Shown piece by piece: positions 9,538-18,868 of a stretch of 64,000 bases of DNA. The notes under the pieces were generated by a model. It saw only the letters and a program-made list of their open reading frames with translations, did no database searches and had not been told where the DNA came from. Positions within the stretch are counted from its first letter, which is position 1; each line of letters opens with the position of its first letter. Origin of the DNA: Gammaproteobacteria bacterium (GTDB taxonomy: Bacteria > Pseudomonadota > Gammaproteobacteria > SZUA-229); the NCBI GenBank assembly GCA_041589455.1, contig JBFHVQ010000004.1, forward strand, positions 2,191-66,190, read 5' to 3'. A program made the position numbers and the translations under genes.

Positions 9538-10707
9538 ATGCAGAACCTCGACTTGCCTGAACCCTCTGAAGCAGAGAAGCAGCATAGTGAAAAACTATGT
9601 CAGCTGATTAAGCAGACTATTGATGAAGCTGGTGGTTGGATTGGTTTTGATCAGTATATGCAACAGGCGCTTTATGCAGCAGGCCTTGGTTACTACAGTG
9701 CCGGTGCGCAAAAGTTTGGAGAGCAGGGAGACTTTATTACAGCGCCAGAACTGAGTCCGTTATTTGCAAGAACTCTGGCCAGACCCGTCGCAAATTTACT
9801 CGAAGATATTGAAGATTCGGTCATTATTGAGTTTGGCGCCGGCTCTGGACAGCTGGCGGTTGATCTGCTCGGTGAGTTGAATGATTTAAGTAGACTGCCT
9901 CAGGCCTACTGGATTATAGAATTGAGCGCTGAGCTTAAACAACGTCAGTATGAAAAAATTAAGCAGGCACATCCTGAATTGCTAACGCGAGTACAATGGC
10001 TAACAGTGCTTCCTGAAAAAGCAATTAATGCTATTGTGATTGCAAACGAAGTGTTAGATGCCATGCCGGTTAAACGGTTTCAGATAAATCATGGGCTGTG
10101 TACCGAGCTTGGAGTGACTGTAGAAAATGATGATTTGGTTCTTCAATCTCGTCCTGCCGATGCCGCTTTACAACAGCAGATTAAAGAAACAGGAATCAAT
10201 TTAGATGCTGTCGAATACCAGAGTGAAATTAATTTATATATTAAACCCTGGGTAACGGCGTTAGCGCAAAGTACAAATAAGTGTGCAGTTTATCTAATTG
10301 ATTATGGATATCCTCGCAGCGAATATTATTCAGCGGAACGTAGTATGGGTACATGCATGGGCTACTATCGGCATCGTACACTGGATGCACCTTTATGGTA
10401 TCCCGGTTTGCAGGATCTGACAGCCTTTGTGGACTTTACAGCAGTAGCCGAATCCGCATTACAAAGTGGTTTTGATGTAGATGGATTTACCTCGCAGGGA
10501 ATTTTTTTATTAAACTGCGGATTATCTGAAGTGGTAGAGCAGTCGGTTTCTGAAAATGACATGCAGAGAATACAGCTGCATCAACAAATGAAGTCACTGA
10601 GTTTGCCAAGTGAAATGGGAGAGCGTTTTAAGGTAATGGGTTTGTCGAAAGGTCTGGAACAAAATATTCCCGGTTTCGAGGTGCGAGATTTTCGTTATCG
10701 GCTTTAA
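9538..10707 (+). CDS. Class I SAM-dependent methyltransferase, DUF185/MidA (NDUFAF7-like) family
   Basis: 389 aa with FITAPELSPLF and EFGAGSGQLA motifs characteristic of the family. Confidence 0.7.
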   Translation: MQNLDLPEPSEAEKQHSEKLCQLIKQTIDEAGGWIGFDQYMQQALYAAGLGYYSAGAQKFGEQGDFITAPELSPLFARTLARPVANLLEDIEDSVIIEFGAGSGQLAVDLLGELNDLSRLPQAYWIIELSAELKQRQYEKIKQAHPELLTRVQWLTVLPEKAINAIVIANEVLDAMPVKRFQINHGLCTELGVTVENDDLVLQSRPADAALQQQIKETGINLDAVEYQSEINLYIKPWVTALAQSTNKCAVYLIDYGYPRSEYYSAERSMGTCMGYYRHRTLDAPLWYPGLQDLTAFVDFTAVAESALQSGFDVDGFTSQGIFLLNCGLSEVVEQSVSENDMQRIQLHQQMKSLSLPSEMGERFKVMGLSKGLEQNIPGFEVRDFRYRL

Positions 10708-10738
10708 GTAATTAAATTAAAACAAAAAAGAGTTATCA

Positions 10739-11545
10739 ATGGATTTTATTCAAATATTGATTCTTGCGCTCGTGCAGGGAATAACAGAGTTTTTACCGGT
10801 ATCTAGTTCCGCGCACCTGATACTGGTGCCGGTATTAACCGGGTGGCAGGATCAGGGGCTGGCTTTTGATGTAGCAGTACATGTTGGCACCTTGAGTGCG
10901 GTGGTTATTTATTTTCGCCAGGAACTTAAGCGAATGTTTTTTTCCTGGCTTGCATCGGTTGCAGGAAAAGGGCTTGACGATGATGCAAAACTGGCCTGGG
11001 CTGTTTTGCTTGGTACTATCCCTGTTGGTCTGGCGGGTCTGTTTTTAAAGGATTTTATTGAGGCCTATTTACGCAGCCCGTTAGTGTTGGCGACATCGAC
11101 TTTAGTGTTTGCTCTACTGTTATGGTGGGCTGATGCCAGAGCACGAGGCAATCGTAATGAATATTCTATCGGCTGGGTGGATGTTTTGTTTATTGGTCTG
11201 GCGCAAGCTTTGGCTTTAATCCCTGGGACTTCTCGTTCAGGTGCAACGATGACAGCGGGACTGTTTCTTGGGCTAACTCGAGAAGCAGCAGCAAGATTTT
11301 CATTTTTACTTTCCATTCCTGTTATTGTGCTGGCAGGTGGCCTGGAAACAAAAGAATATCTGGAGCATGCCAATATTGATGACATGCAGCCTCTGATGCT
11401 GGGGGCGTTGTTGTCGGGTGTGAGTGCCTATTTCTGTATTCATTATTTCCTTAAGTTGCTGGAAAAAATTGGCATGTTGCCATTTGTGATTTATCGAATT
11501 GTGCTCGCCTTATTCCTATTTATAATGTTTGTTGATATTTCCTGA
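10739..11545 (+). CDS. uppP: Undecaprenyl-diphosphate phosphatase
   Basis: 268-aa polytopic protein with GITEFLPVSSSAHL and PGTSRSGATM BacA/UppP signatures. Confidence 0.9.
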   Translation: MDFIQILILALVQGITEFLPVSSSAHLILVPVLTGWQDQGLAFDVAVHVGTLSAVVIYFRQELKRMFFSWLASVAGKGLDDDAKLAWAVLLGTIPVGLAGLFLKDFIEAYLRSPLVLATSTLVFALLLWWADARARGNRNEYSIGWVDVLFIGLAQALALIPGTSRSGATMTAGLFLGLTREAAARFSFLLSIPVIVLAGGLETKEYLEHANIDDMQPLMLGALLSGVSAYFCIHYFLKLLEKIGMLPFVIYRIVLALFLFIMFVDIS

Positions 11546-11934
11546 TGAGAAGTAAATTAAAATATAAATGGTTGTGGCTATCAATAGGTTATCTAATGAT
11601 TGCTTATGTGATTCATGCATCGTTAGATACAACACCGATAGACCTGGATTTCTCTCAGTCAGACAAAATAATGCATATTGCAGCTTACTTTGCTTTAATG
11701 GGTTGGTTTGTTCAAATTTATCAAAAAAACAGAACAAGGATCGTTCTCGGTATAGCTTTTATAGTAATGGGTGTATCACTTGAGTTTCTTCAGGATATGG
11801 GTGGCGTAAGATACTTTGACTTGTCTGATATGTTGGCGAACACGACAGGTGTTTTGCTTGGTTGGTTGACTGTCTTTAGTCCTTTTTCAAAAATTTTGTT
11901 TTCCATTGAGGATATTGTTAGAAAGCGAAGTTAA
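11545..11934 (+). CDS. VanZ-like family membrane protein
   Basis: 129 aa, 4 TM. The DKIMHIAAYFAL and D(M)LANTTGVLLGW pattern is typical of VanZ-like proteins. The start overlaps the uppP stop (TGATG). Confidence 0.6.
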   Translation: MRSKLKYKWLWLSIGYLMIAYVIHASLDTTPIDLDFSQSDKIMHIAAYFALMGWFVQIYQKNRTRIVLGIAFIVMGVSLEFLQDMGGVRYFDLSDMLANTTGVLLGWLTVFSPFSKILFSIEDIVRKRS

Positions 11935-11978
11935 ATGCTTCATAACAACTTCTGATGTTGATGTAATGATGTGTGTCA

Positions 11979-12007
11979 CTTGAATCTTTTTGTTGGATTC
12001 AAGTTTT
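11979..12007 (+). terminator. Intrinsic terminator after the uppP-vanZ-like pair
   Basis: 8-bp stem cttgaatc/gattcaag with a 9-nt loop, followed by TTTT. It lies between convergent genes. Confidence 0.5.
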
Positions 12008-12026
12008 ATAAACTAATTCCTTTTTT

Positions 12027-13244
12027 CTAAGTAAGCTGTTTTTCCAGTGCAGAAAGTCTGGCGGTATGAATCGCATCGGCCATGGCTTTGCCTTCAAGGC
12101 CGGCTTCTTTTAAGGGGCTAATGTCCAGTTGACTAATTATGCTGAGTGCTTCCCTGTATCGATCAGCCTGAGGATAGTCATTCTCTTCGTAGCCTGTGCG
12201 GCCTCGGCTATCAGCGGTGCAGGCTAGCAGGAACTGTTCATAGCGTTGCGGTTTTCTAATGCCGTCCAGTTTCTCTATGGTGTTAAGTAGTGTGCTGGTT
12301 TTTAATTCGTAAGCGCGATGTACATGCAGGTGGTATTTAGCGGTGATGCTTGCCAGTTCACGGTATTCTTTGGGAATACGTAGGCGTTTACACATTTGTT
12401 GCACCGGTTTAACGCCTTTAGCTTCGTGCCCATGGTGACTTGGCCATTTATCTTTCGGGGTAAGCCCTTTTCCCAGGTCATGACATAATGCAGCAAATCG
12501 TGTAACCGGGTTATCGGTAAGTCTACAGGCCTGTTGTAAAACCATTAGAGTGTGAATACCGGTATCAATTTCGGGATGGTGTTCAATGGGTTGTGGGACG
12601 CCAAACAGGGCATCTATCTCCGGGAAAATAATCGCCAGGGCGCCACATTCTCTCAGAGTTTGCAGAAAGACTTCAGGGTTGCGCTCACACAATGATTTAT
12701 AAAATTCCTGCCATACCCGTTCTGCAACCAGTGCATCGACTTCACCAGCATTAACCATGGATTGCATGAGTTGCATGGTTTCACTGGCAACGCTAAAGCC
12801 TAAGTGTGCATAACGTGCTGCAAATCGGGCGACTCGGAGAATGCGTACTGGGTCTTCGCTAAATGCCTGGGACACATGGCGTAATAATTTGTCCTGTAAG
12901 TCCTGTTGCCCGTTATAAGGATCAATGATGTTTCCATTGGCATCCTGGGCAATCGCATTTATTGTCAGGTCACGGCGTTGTAAATCTTCTTCAAGGGTAA
13001 TCTCTGGCGAGGCATGAACTGCAAAGCCAGTATAACCTGGTGCGGTTTTACGTTCGGTGCGGGCAAGGGCGTGTTCTTCACGGCTTTTGGGGTGAAGGAA
13101 AACAGGAAAATCTTTACCGACCTGTTGATAACCCTGTTCGAGCATTTGCTCGACTGTTGCGCCGACAACGAGCCAGTCTTTCTCTTTGACCGGGTAATTT
13201 AGAAGCTGGTCACGGACTGCGCCACCGACGAGGTATATTTGCAT
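12027..13244 (-). CDS. cca: Multifunctional CCA-adding enzyme / 2'-nucleotidase / phosphatase
   Basis: MQIYLVGGAVRDQLL...RRDLTINA polymerase head and a C-terminal HD domain (ALCHDLGK); 405 aa. Confidence 0.9.
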   Translation of the reverse strand: MQIYLVGGAVRDQLLNYPVKEKDWLVVGATVEQMLEQGYQQVGKDFPVFLHPKSREEHALARTERKTAPGYTGFAVHASPEITLEEDLQRRDLTINAIAQDANGNIIDPYNGQQDLQDKLLRHVSQAFSEDPVRILRVARFAARYAHLGFSVASETMQLMQSMVNAGEVDALVAERVWQEFYKSLCERNPEVFLQTLRECGALAIIFPEIDALFGVPQPIEHHPEIDTGIHTLMVLQQACRLTDNPVTRFAALCHDLGKGLTPKDKWPSHHGHEAKGVKPVQQMCKRLRIPKEYRELASITAKYHLHVHRAYELKTSTLLNTIEKLDGIRKPQRYEQFLLACTADSRGRTGYEENDYPQADRYREALSIISQLDISPLKEAGLEGKAMADAIHTARLSALEKQLT

Positions 13245-13328
13245 AATTAAGGTTATTTGCTTAGGGATAGGGCAGTATAAAACGAGGTGCTATGAAAGGA
13301 AACTCTGCAAGAGGTTAGTTGGCACACG

Positions 13329-13356
13329 AAAAAACAGAGGCTGCTAGCAGCCTCTG
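13329..13356 (-). terminator. Rho-independent terminator downstream of the aminotransferase gene
   Basis: 9-bp stem cagaggctg/cagcctctg with an A6 run on the plus strand (U-tract on the minus strand), about 20 nt after the stop at 13378. Confidence 0.7.
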
Positions 13357-13377
13357 ATCTGCAAAGTGTGGGCCGCT

Positions 13378-14550
13378 TTATTTTACGAGAACTTGCTGTG
13401 CAGCTGGAATCGCAACGCCCTGCTTAATGCTGTCACCAAGAGCCGCCTCTAATGCGCTCAGACACAGCATAATGTTTTCTGCACGGCTACTATGCCCCAT
13501 CAGACCGATGCGCCAGACTTTACCAGCCAGTGCCCCCAGGCCCGCACCGATTTCCAGATTGAATTCATTCAGCAGCAGTCCGCGAACTGCCGCATCATCT
13601 ACACCTTCAGGTATGGTAACGGAATTAAGTTGTGGTAAACGGTTAGCTTCATCAACGACAAAGCTTAGACCCATGGCTTCGATGCCTGCACGAAGTGCCA
13701 GGTGGTTGTCCATATGACGTTTCCAGGCATTTTCAAGGCCTTCTTCCTGCAGCATAACCAATGCTTCGTGTAATGAGTAAAGCGCATTAATTGGTGCGGT
13801 ATGGTGATACGCGCGTTTTGTGCTGCCACCCCAGTAACCCATAACCAGGTTCATATCGAGGAACCAGCTTTGAACTTTTGATTGACGGTTTTTAATAATT
13901 TCAGTCGCGCGTTCGCTAAAGCTTACGGGTGAAATGCCCGGTGTGCAGGAAAGGCATTTCTGGGTACCTGAGTAGATGGCATCTATGCCCCACTCATCGA
14001 CGCGTAATTCGCTGCCGCCGAGGGAGGTAACTGCATCGACCAGTGTCAGGCAGTCATATTTTCTAGCGAGTTCGCACAGGGTTTTTGCATCTGATGAGGC
14101 ACCGGTTGAGGTTTCGGCGTGAACAAAGGCGAGGATCTTTGCATCCGGGTTGGCTTTTAGTGCGTCTTCAACCTTATTGCAGTCGATGGCCTGACCCCAT
14201 TCATCCTCTACCATAACGGCTGTGGCGCCAGAGCGTTCCACATTTTCTTTCATGCGTCCGCCGAATACACCATTCTGGCAGATGATGACCTTGTCGCCAG
14301 GCTCAATCAGGTTGACGAAACAGGTCTCCATGCCCGCTGAGCCGGGGGCTGAGACTGGAATAGTGAGTGCGTTTTCAGTCTGGAAGGCATATTGAAGCAT
14401 GCTCTTGATCTGCTCCATCATTTCCACAAATAGTGGATCCAGGTGGCCGATTGTCGGTCTGCCAAGGGCACTTAGAATACGTGGGTGTACATCAGAAGGG
14501 CCGGGGCCCATCAGGGTACGAACGGGTGGTAGAAACGAAGAAATGCTCAT
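13378..14550 (-). CDS. Class V aminotransferase (serine/alanine--glyoxylate or serine--pyruvate type)
   Basis: 390 aa. LMGPGPS start, DAVTSLGG, and PLP-lysine context SGTQKCL. Confidence 0.85.
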   Translation of the reverse strand: MSISSFLPPVRTLMGPGPSDVHPRILSALGRPTIGHLDPLFVEMMEQIKSMLQYAFQTENALTIPVSAPGSAGMETCFVNLIEPGDKVIICQNGVFGGRMKENVERSGATAVMVEDEWGQAIDCNKVEDALKANPDAKILAFVHAETSTGASSDAKTLCELARKYDCLTLVDAVTSLGGSELRVDEWGIDAIYSGTQKCLSCTPGISPVSFSERATEIIKNRQSKVQSWFLDMNLVMGYWGGSTKRAYHHTAPINALYSLHEALVMLQEEGLENAWKRHMDNHLALRAGIEAMGLSFVVDEANRLPQLNSVTIPEGVDDAAVRGLLLNEFNLEIGAGLGALAGKVWRIGLMGHSSRAENIMLCLSALEAALGDSIKQGVAIPAAQQVLVK

Positions 14551-14648
14551 ATCAATATTCCTGAGTATACGGGGAGTGTGTCGTAAAAAAATCAGAAAGC
14601 GGATGTTGCCATAAATTTCACTAAAATGCCCCCTATAAAGAGAATGGA

Positions 14649-16649
14649 TTAATTAGTGTACTGCTGTAATACGCTTTTCAGGTGTGCTTCACTCACCGGT
14701 TTAGTTAGAAAACTGTCCATACCTGCCTCCAGGCAGTGCTCCCGATCTTCGGAGGTCGCTTTAGCAGTCAGGGCAATGATTGGTAGATGTTTCTGTCCTT
14801 TTTCCAGCCTACGCCATTGTCGAGTCGCTTCAAAGCCATCCATATTCGGCATATTGAGATCCATTAGAACTATGTTGTAATGGTGCTTGTTCATGGCATA
14901 TAGCGCGGTGGTGCCATCAGTGGCGATGTCTACATTATGCCCCAGTTCGGTCAGGTAGCCATAAACAACGCTGGCATTTATTTCATTGTCTTCAGCAAGC
15001 AGGATATTTAGGGGTGTTTCTGCATGTGCAGCTTCAGAAGGTTCCTTGTCCGTTTCAGGTTTTAAAATTTTAGTCAGTGCTGAGTTTAGCGTTTCCAGTG
15101 AGACGGGCTTTATTGTCGTGCCTTGTATATCTCTATAATTATCGGCTGCTACATGTTCTATGCTATGCATGTAGGTAGCATAGAGTATAGGTGTGCGGCT
15201 CTTTGCTTCATTTCGAATGCGTGAAATCAGCTCGCTGCAATTTCTTTTTTTGCGGTCTTCGCTAAGCAGAATAGCATCGAATGGCGTTTTCTTTTCATGG
15301 CTCCAGATAATGTGGGCAATCAGGTTGTCGCTGCCGGAGGTTGTATATACCTGCATTCCTAGTTGCTGGCAGTAGTCATCCAGTACCTGCCTGCTCAATT
15401 TGTTGCTGTCATAAATCAGTATGCGTTTGTCTGTCAGAAGAGGTGAATGGTTGTTTACTGGCTGATAAATTTGCTTCCAGTTGAAATGCAGGCTAAAGGT
15501 GATTTTATCTTTGTTATAGTGTATTTCAAACAGGCCATTCATTAGTCGTGTTAACTGATAGCCAATTCTTAATGGCAGGGCTTCATTGGTGTCCGGAATG
15601 TTGGCTGAATGCAGATGTGGTAATTCAGTATTCTGTTCAAACTCTATATCTATACATGCATTAAGCTGTTTGGATGGGGTAATGCTGCTGCTATGGGTGT
15701 TGATGAAGACGCCCTTTGTAGTGCTGTGTTCAATTGCATAGCGTATCAGGTTTGATACTAACTGCCGGAAGCGTTGAGAGTCGATGTGTACGTCATGTGG
15801 AAAAGATTCGTCGATATAGCAGGTCAGCTCAAGGTCTTTTTCATAACCTAAAGGAGCAAGGCTATGGACCAGGCTGTCAATGAGTGTACGTGGGTTTGTG
15901 GTGTTCTGGTTAAGTGTAATATTGCCATTCTCAATGCTCGAGAAGTCGACAATATCTTCAATTATTTCCTGCAGTGAATTACTCGATTGGCTTAGTGACT
16001 GTAGGCACTGTTTTTGTTGTACGTCCAGCTCGGTTTTGCTAAGTAGGTCAATCATGCCGACTATGCCGCCGATTGGGGTTCGAATCTGATGTGTCATATT
16101 TGACAGGAACTCAGATTTGGCAATACTTGCAGCCTGTGCTTTTTCGGCGGTTCGTATGAGTCTTTTCTGTAGTGAATAAAGATAAATTGGTAGTGCAATA
16201 ATTAGCATCAGGAATGCAATGGCTTCCAGGGTGAGCAGGTGCCATGCATCTTCAGTAAGTAATAGTACATTGTAGCCAATCAGTGTAAAGATTACGGCAG
16301 TGCTCAAGAAACGTAAGCCATAACGTGTGCCGTAACCAATATAAATCCACAGGTAAACCAGCACATAGGCACTATTGATGCCGCCTGTTAAAAACGATGA
16401 AAAGGTCGTGCTGGCGACATCAAAAGCAAGCGCGAAGTAGCGCCTGGGCGTGGATGCAGGACGATGAAGAATACTTAGAATATTAACAAAGCTGTAACAG
16501 AAAAAAATGGCAGTAAAGTTATTAAGTACCTGATAGTCGGTGTTAAAGTAATTGCTATCAATTCCTGCAGAAATATAAATATACGTCAGTGCGCCAATAG
16601 TAAGACGAATCATGGACTGTATTAATTCTACATTTTTTAGCTTTTCCAT
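14649..16649 (-). CDS. Membrane-bound hybrid sensor histidine kinase-like protein with degenerate ATPase domain, degenerate receiver and intact C-terminal receiver
   Basis: About 5-6 N-terminal TM segments. H-box SEFLSNMTHQIRTPIGG. The HATPase-like region lacks the N-box Asn (NLIRYAIEH), G1 and G2. The C-terminal REC is ILLAEDNEIN...VLMDLNMPNMDG...ALTAKA. Confidence 0.8.
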   Translation of the reverse strand: MEKLKNVELIQSMIRLTIGALTYIYISAGIDSNYFNTDYQVLNNFTAIFFCYSFVNILSILHRPASTPRRYFALAFDVASTTFSSFLTGGINSAYVLVYLWIYIGYGTRYGLRFLSTAVIFTLIGYNVLLLTEDAWHLLTLEAIAFLMLIIALPIYLYSLQKRLIRTAEKAQAASIAKSEFLSNMTHQIRTPIGGIVGMIDLLSKTELDVQQKQCLQSLSQSSNSLQEIIEDIVDFSSIENGNITLNQNTTNPRTLIDSLVHSLAPLGYEKDLELTCYIDESFPHDVHIDSQRFRQLVSNLIRYAIEHSTTKGVFINTHSSSITPSKQLNACIDIEFEQNTELPHLHSANIPDTNEALPLRIGYQLTRLMNGLFEIHYNKDKITFSLHFNWKQIYQPVNNHSPLLTDKRILIYDSNKLSRQVLDDYCQQLGMQVYTTSGSDNLIAHIIWSHEKKTPFDAILLSEDRKKRNCSELISRIRNEAKSRTPILYATYMHSIEHVAADNYRDIQGTTIKPVSLETLNSALTKILKPETDKEPSEAAHAETPLNILLAEDNEINASVVYGYLTELGHNVDIATDGTTALYAMNKHHYNIVLMDLNMPNMDGFEATRQWRRLEKGQKHLPIIALTAKATSEDREHCLEAGMDSFLTKPVSEAHLKSVLQQYTN

Positions 16650-16698
16650 AGCTTCTCTTTAAGTTTTCTTGAATATTGTAGCCGTTTCTCGTGGTGTG

Positions 16699-17661
16699 TC
16701 AGGATCTACGAGAACAGCGTCTAAACTGGTCGTCACGGTATTGTTGAGATTTATTGCCGAGATACCATGGAACAATCGTTTCAGGGGTGTGTAATAGTTC
16801 ACAAGGTGGTTTTACACTGTTTTCATTACAAATGCTATCGAGTTCCAGGGAATGATAGTTGTCAATTGAAAAAGGCTTGCCCGGGAAGTACTCAAGGATA
16901 ATGGCCTGTAGCTGCGCGATAAAATCAGGTAGTGCTATGATCCAGTGTTTTTGCCCCAGTTGCTTGCTGGTAAATTGTACGAGCTCTTTGAGGGTGTAAG
17001 TGTCAGGGCCGCATAAGTCATATCGCTTGCCATAAGTTTCGGGGTTGTTAATTGCGCTAACAAAACAGTTGGCGACATCACCTACATAGACAGGTGCAAA
17101 TTTCGCACCTGCACATGCCAGAGGGAAAATCAGTGGACTAAGTTTGAGCAGGCCTGCAAATCGGTTGAAAAAGCTGTCGTCAGCACCAAAAATAACCGAA
17201 GGTCGGAATGATGTGACCTGGGTGTTGCCTGAAAAAGAATGTACCAGGTTTTCTGCTTCACCTTTGCTGCGCAAATAATGGCTGGTGCCCTGGGTTGAAT
17301 CAGCGTTGAGGGCGCTCATATGCAGCAGTCTGTTAATCTTGTTGTGATGGCAGGCATTAAGTACTTTTCTAGTTAATTCAACATGCGCTTGACGAAAGCC
17401 ATCTCCATTATGCTCTCGTTCATTAAGAATGCCGACAAGGTTGATGACTACATCGGTATTAGCTAGTTGAGCATCTAACTGAGACTGCTCGTGGATATTG
17501 GTTTCTATGATCTCAGTATTGGGTAAAACCGCTACGGACTCGCAACGAGACTTGCGTCGAGTGAGAACTTTAATCTGGTAGCCCTGCTGTGCAAGCAGGC
17601 TACATATCTGGCTGCCAACAAAGCCGCTACCACCCAGTATGCAAACTGTTTTTCTTGTCAT
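16699..17661 (-). CDS. NAD(P)H-binding epimerase/dehydratase-like protein (NDUFA9/complex I 39 kDa-like family)
   Basis: N-terminal ILGGSGFVGSQI Rossmann motif and YLRSK catalytic pair; 320 aa. Confidence 0.75.
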   Translation of the reverse strand: MTRKTVCILGGSGFVGSQICSLLAQQGYQIKVLTRRKSRCESVAVLPNTEIIETNIHEQSQLDAQLANTDVVINLVGILNEREHNGDGFRQAHVELTRKVLNACHHNKINRLLHMSALNADSTQGTSHYLRSKGEAENLVHSFSGNTQVTSFRPSVIFGADDSFFNRFAGLLKLSPLIFPLACAGAKFAPVYVGDVANCFVSAINNPETYGKRYDLCGPDTYTLKELVQFTSKQLGQKHWIIALPDFIAQLQAIILEYFPGKPFSIDNYHSLELDSICNENSVKPPCELLHTPETIVPWYLGNKSQQYRDDQFRRCSRRS

Positions 17662-17871
17662 AGAGTTTAGTGTCCAAATTGATAATAGGATTAACAGGAA
17701 AATTTCGTATGATTATATCTTGACATACACCAAAATTTAACACAATCTCACTCTATGATAATGCAAAAAGAAAAGCTAAAGCGAACCAAATGGTGTCGAC
17801 GAGTCGTCGGAGGTAACCGTGTTGTTTGTGTGCTGAATTAATTATCAGAATAGTAATTTCGAATTATCGAA

Positions 17872-17903
17872 AGCCACAGACGAAAAAAGTCTGTGGCTTT
17901 TTT
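17872..17903 (+). terminator. Strong intrinsic-terminator hairpin with no upstream plus-strand gene (orphan)
   Basis: Perfect 10-bp stem agccacagac/gtctgtggct with loop gaaaaaa, followed by a T-run. It ends 26 nt before the EamA start codon, inside a divergent intergenic region. Confidence 0.65.
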
Positions 17904-17929
17904 CGTTAAGGGGCACAATAAAGGAACTA

Positions 17930-18868
17930 ATGATGTCGTCTTCACAGCTTAAATCGATGGAAAAATTAATAATTACGTTAGCTTACCTGGCAGTGATCAT
18001 CATCTGGTCGACTACGCCCCTGACAATTAAGTGGAGTAGTGAGGGTGTGGGGTATCTACCCGGTCTGATGTTTCGCATGATGATTGGTGCCTGTATGTCA
18101 GTGCTTCTAGTTGTTGTGATTTACAGAAAGTTGTCCTTTAGTGCATCGTCATGCAAAGCCTATACAGCAGTTGCTCTGGCATTGTATGGAGGAATGATTC
18201 CTGTTTATTGGGCGTCCCAGTATATCTCATCTGGATTGATTTCAGTGATTTTTGGTATATCACCAATAGTGGTGGGTTATCTGAGTTATCAGTTTATTCA
18301 GGAGCGCTCATTCAGTGCGATGAAAGTCCTCGGGTCATTATCAGGTGTGATAGGACTTGGCGTGATATTTCTTGAAGATATGTCACTAAATAGTGAATAT
18401 ACCTATGGTATTTTAGCGACACTGTTGGCCGTGCTATTACATGCAACAAGTGCGATCTGGGTAAAAGGGCTAAAGATAGAAATGCCACCATTGTCGCTGG
18501 TGTCGGGTGGGTTATTATTTACCATGCCATTATTTCTGTTAAGCTTTGCATTTACAAAACCGGAAATTCCAGTTGAAATACCTGCCAGGACAATCTGGTC
18601 TATTCTTTACCTGGGTGTGGTGGGCTCAATACTGGGTTTTGTGTGTTATTACTATCTATTGAAGCGTCTGGCTGCATCGACGGTTGCGTTGATTACATTA
18701 ATTACACCGGTAATTGCATTATTTATTGGTAAAATTTTTAATAATGAAGCAATTGGTTATGCTGTATTCATGGGCACACTTTTTGTATTGCTTGGCCTAG
18801 CGTTATATCAATGGGGCGATTTATTGTTAGAGAAGGTATGGCGAAAGCGAAACTTTTTTTGTGGTTAG
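17930..18868 (+). CDS. EamA/DMT family transporter
   Basis: 312 aa, about 10 TM segments arranged as two EamA-like halves. Confidence 0.85.
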   Translation: MMSSSQLKSMEKLIITLAYLAVIIIWSTTPLTIKWSSEGVGYLPGLMFRMMIGACMSVLLVVVIYRKLSFSASSCKAYTAVALALYGGMIPVYWASQYISSGLISVIFGISPIVVGYLSYQFIQERSFSAMKVLGSLSGVIGLGVIFLEDMSLNSEYTYGILATLLAVLLHATSAIWVKGLKIEMPPLSLVSGGLLFTMPLFLLSFAFTKPEIPVEIPARTIWSILYLGVVGSILGFVCYYYLLKRLAASTVALITLITPVIALFIGKIFNNEAIGYAVFMGTLFVLLGLALYQWGDLLLEKVWRKRNFFCG

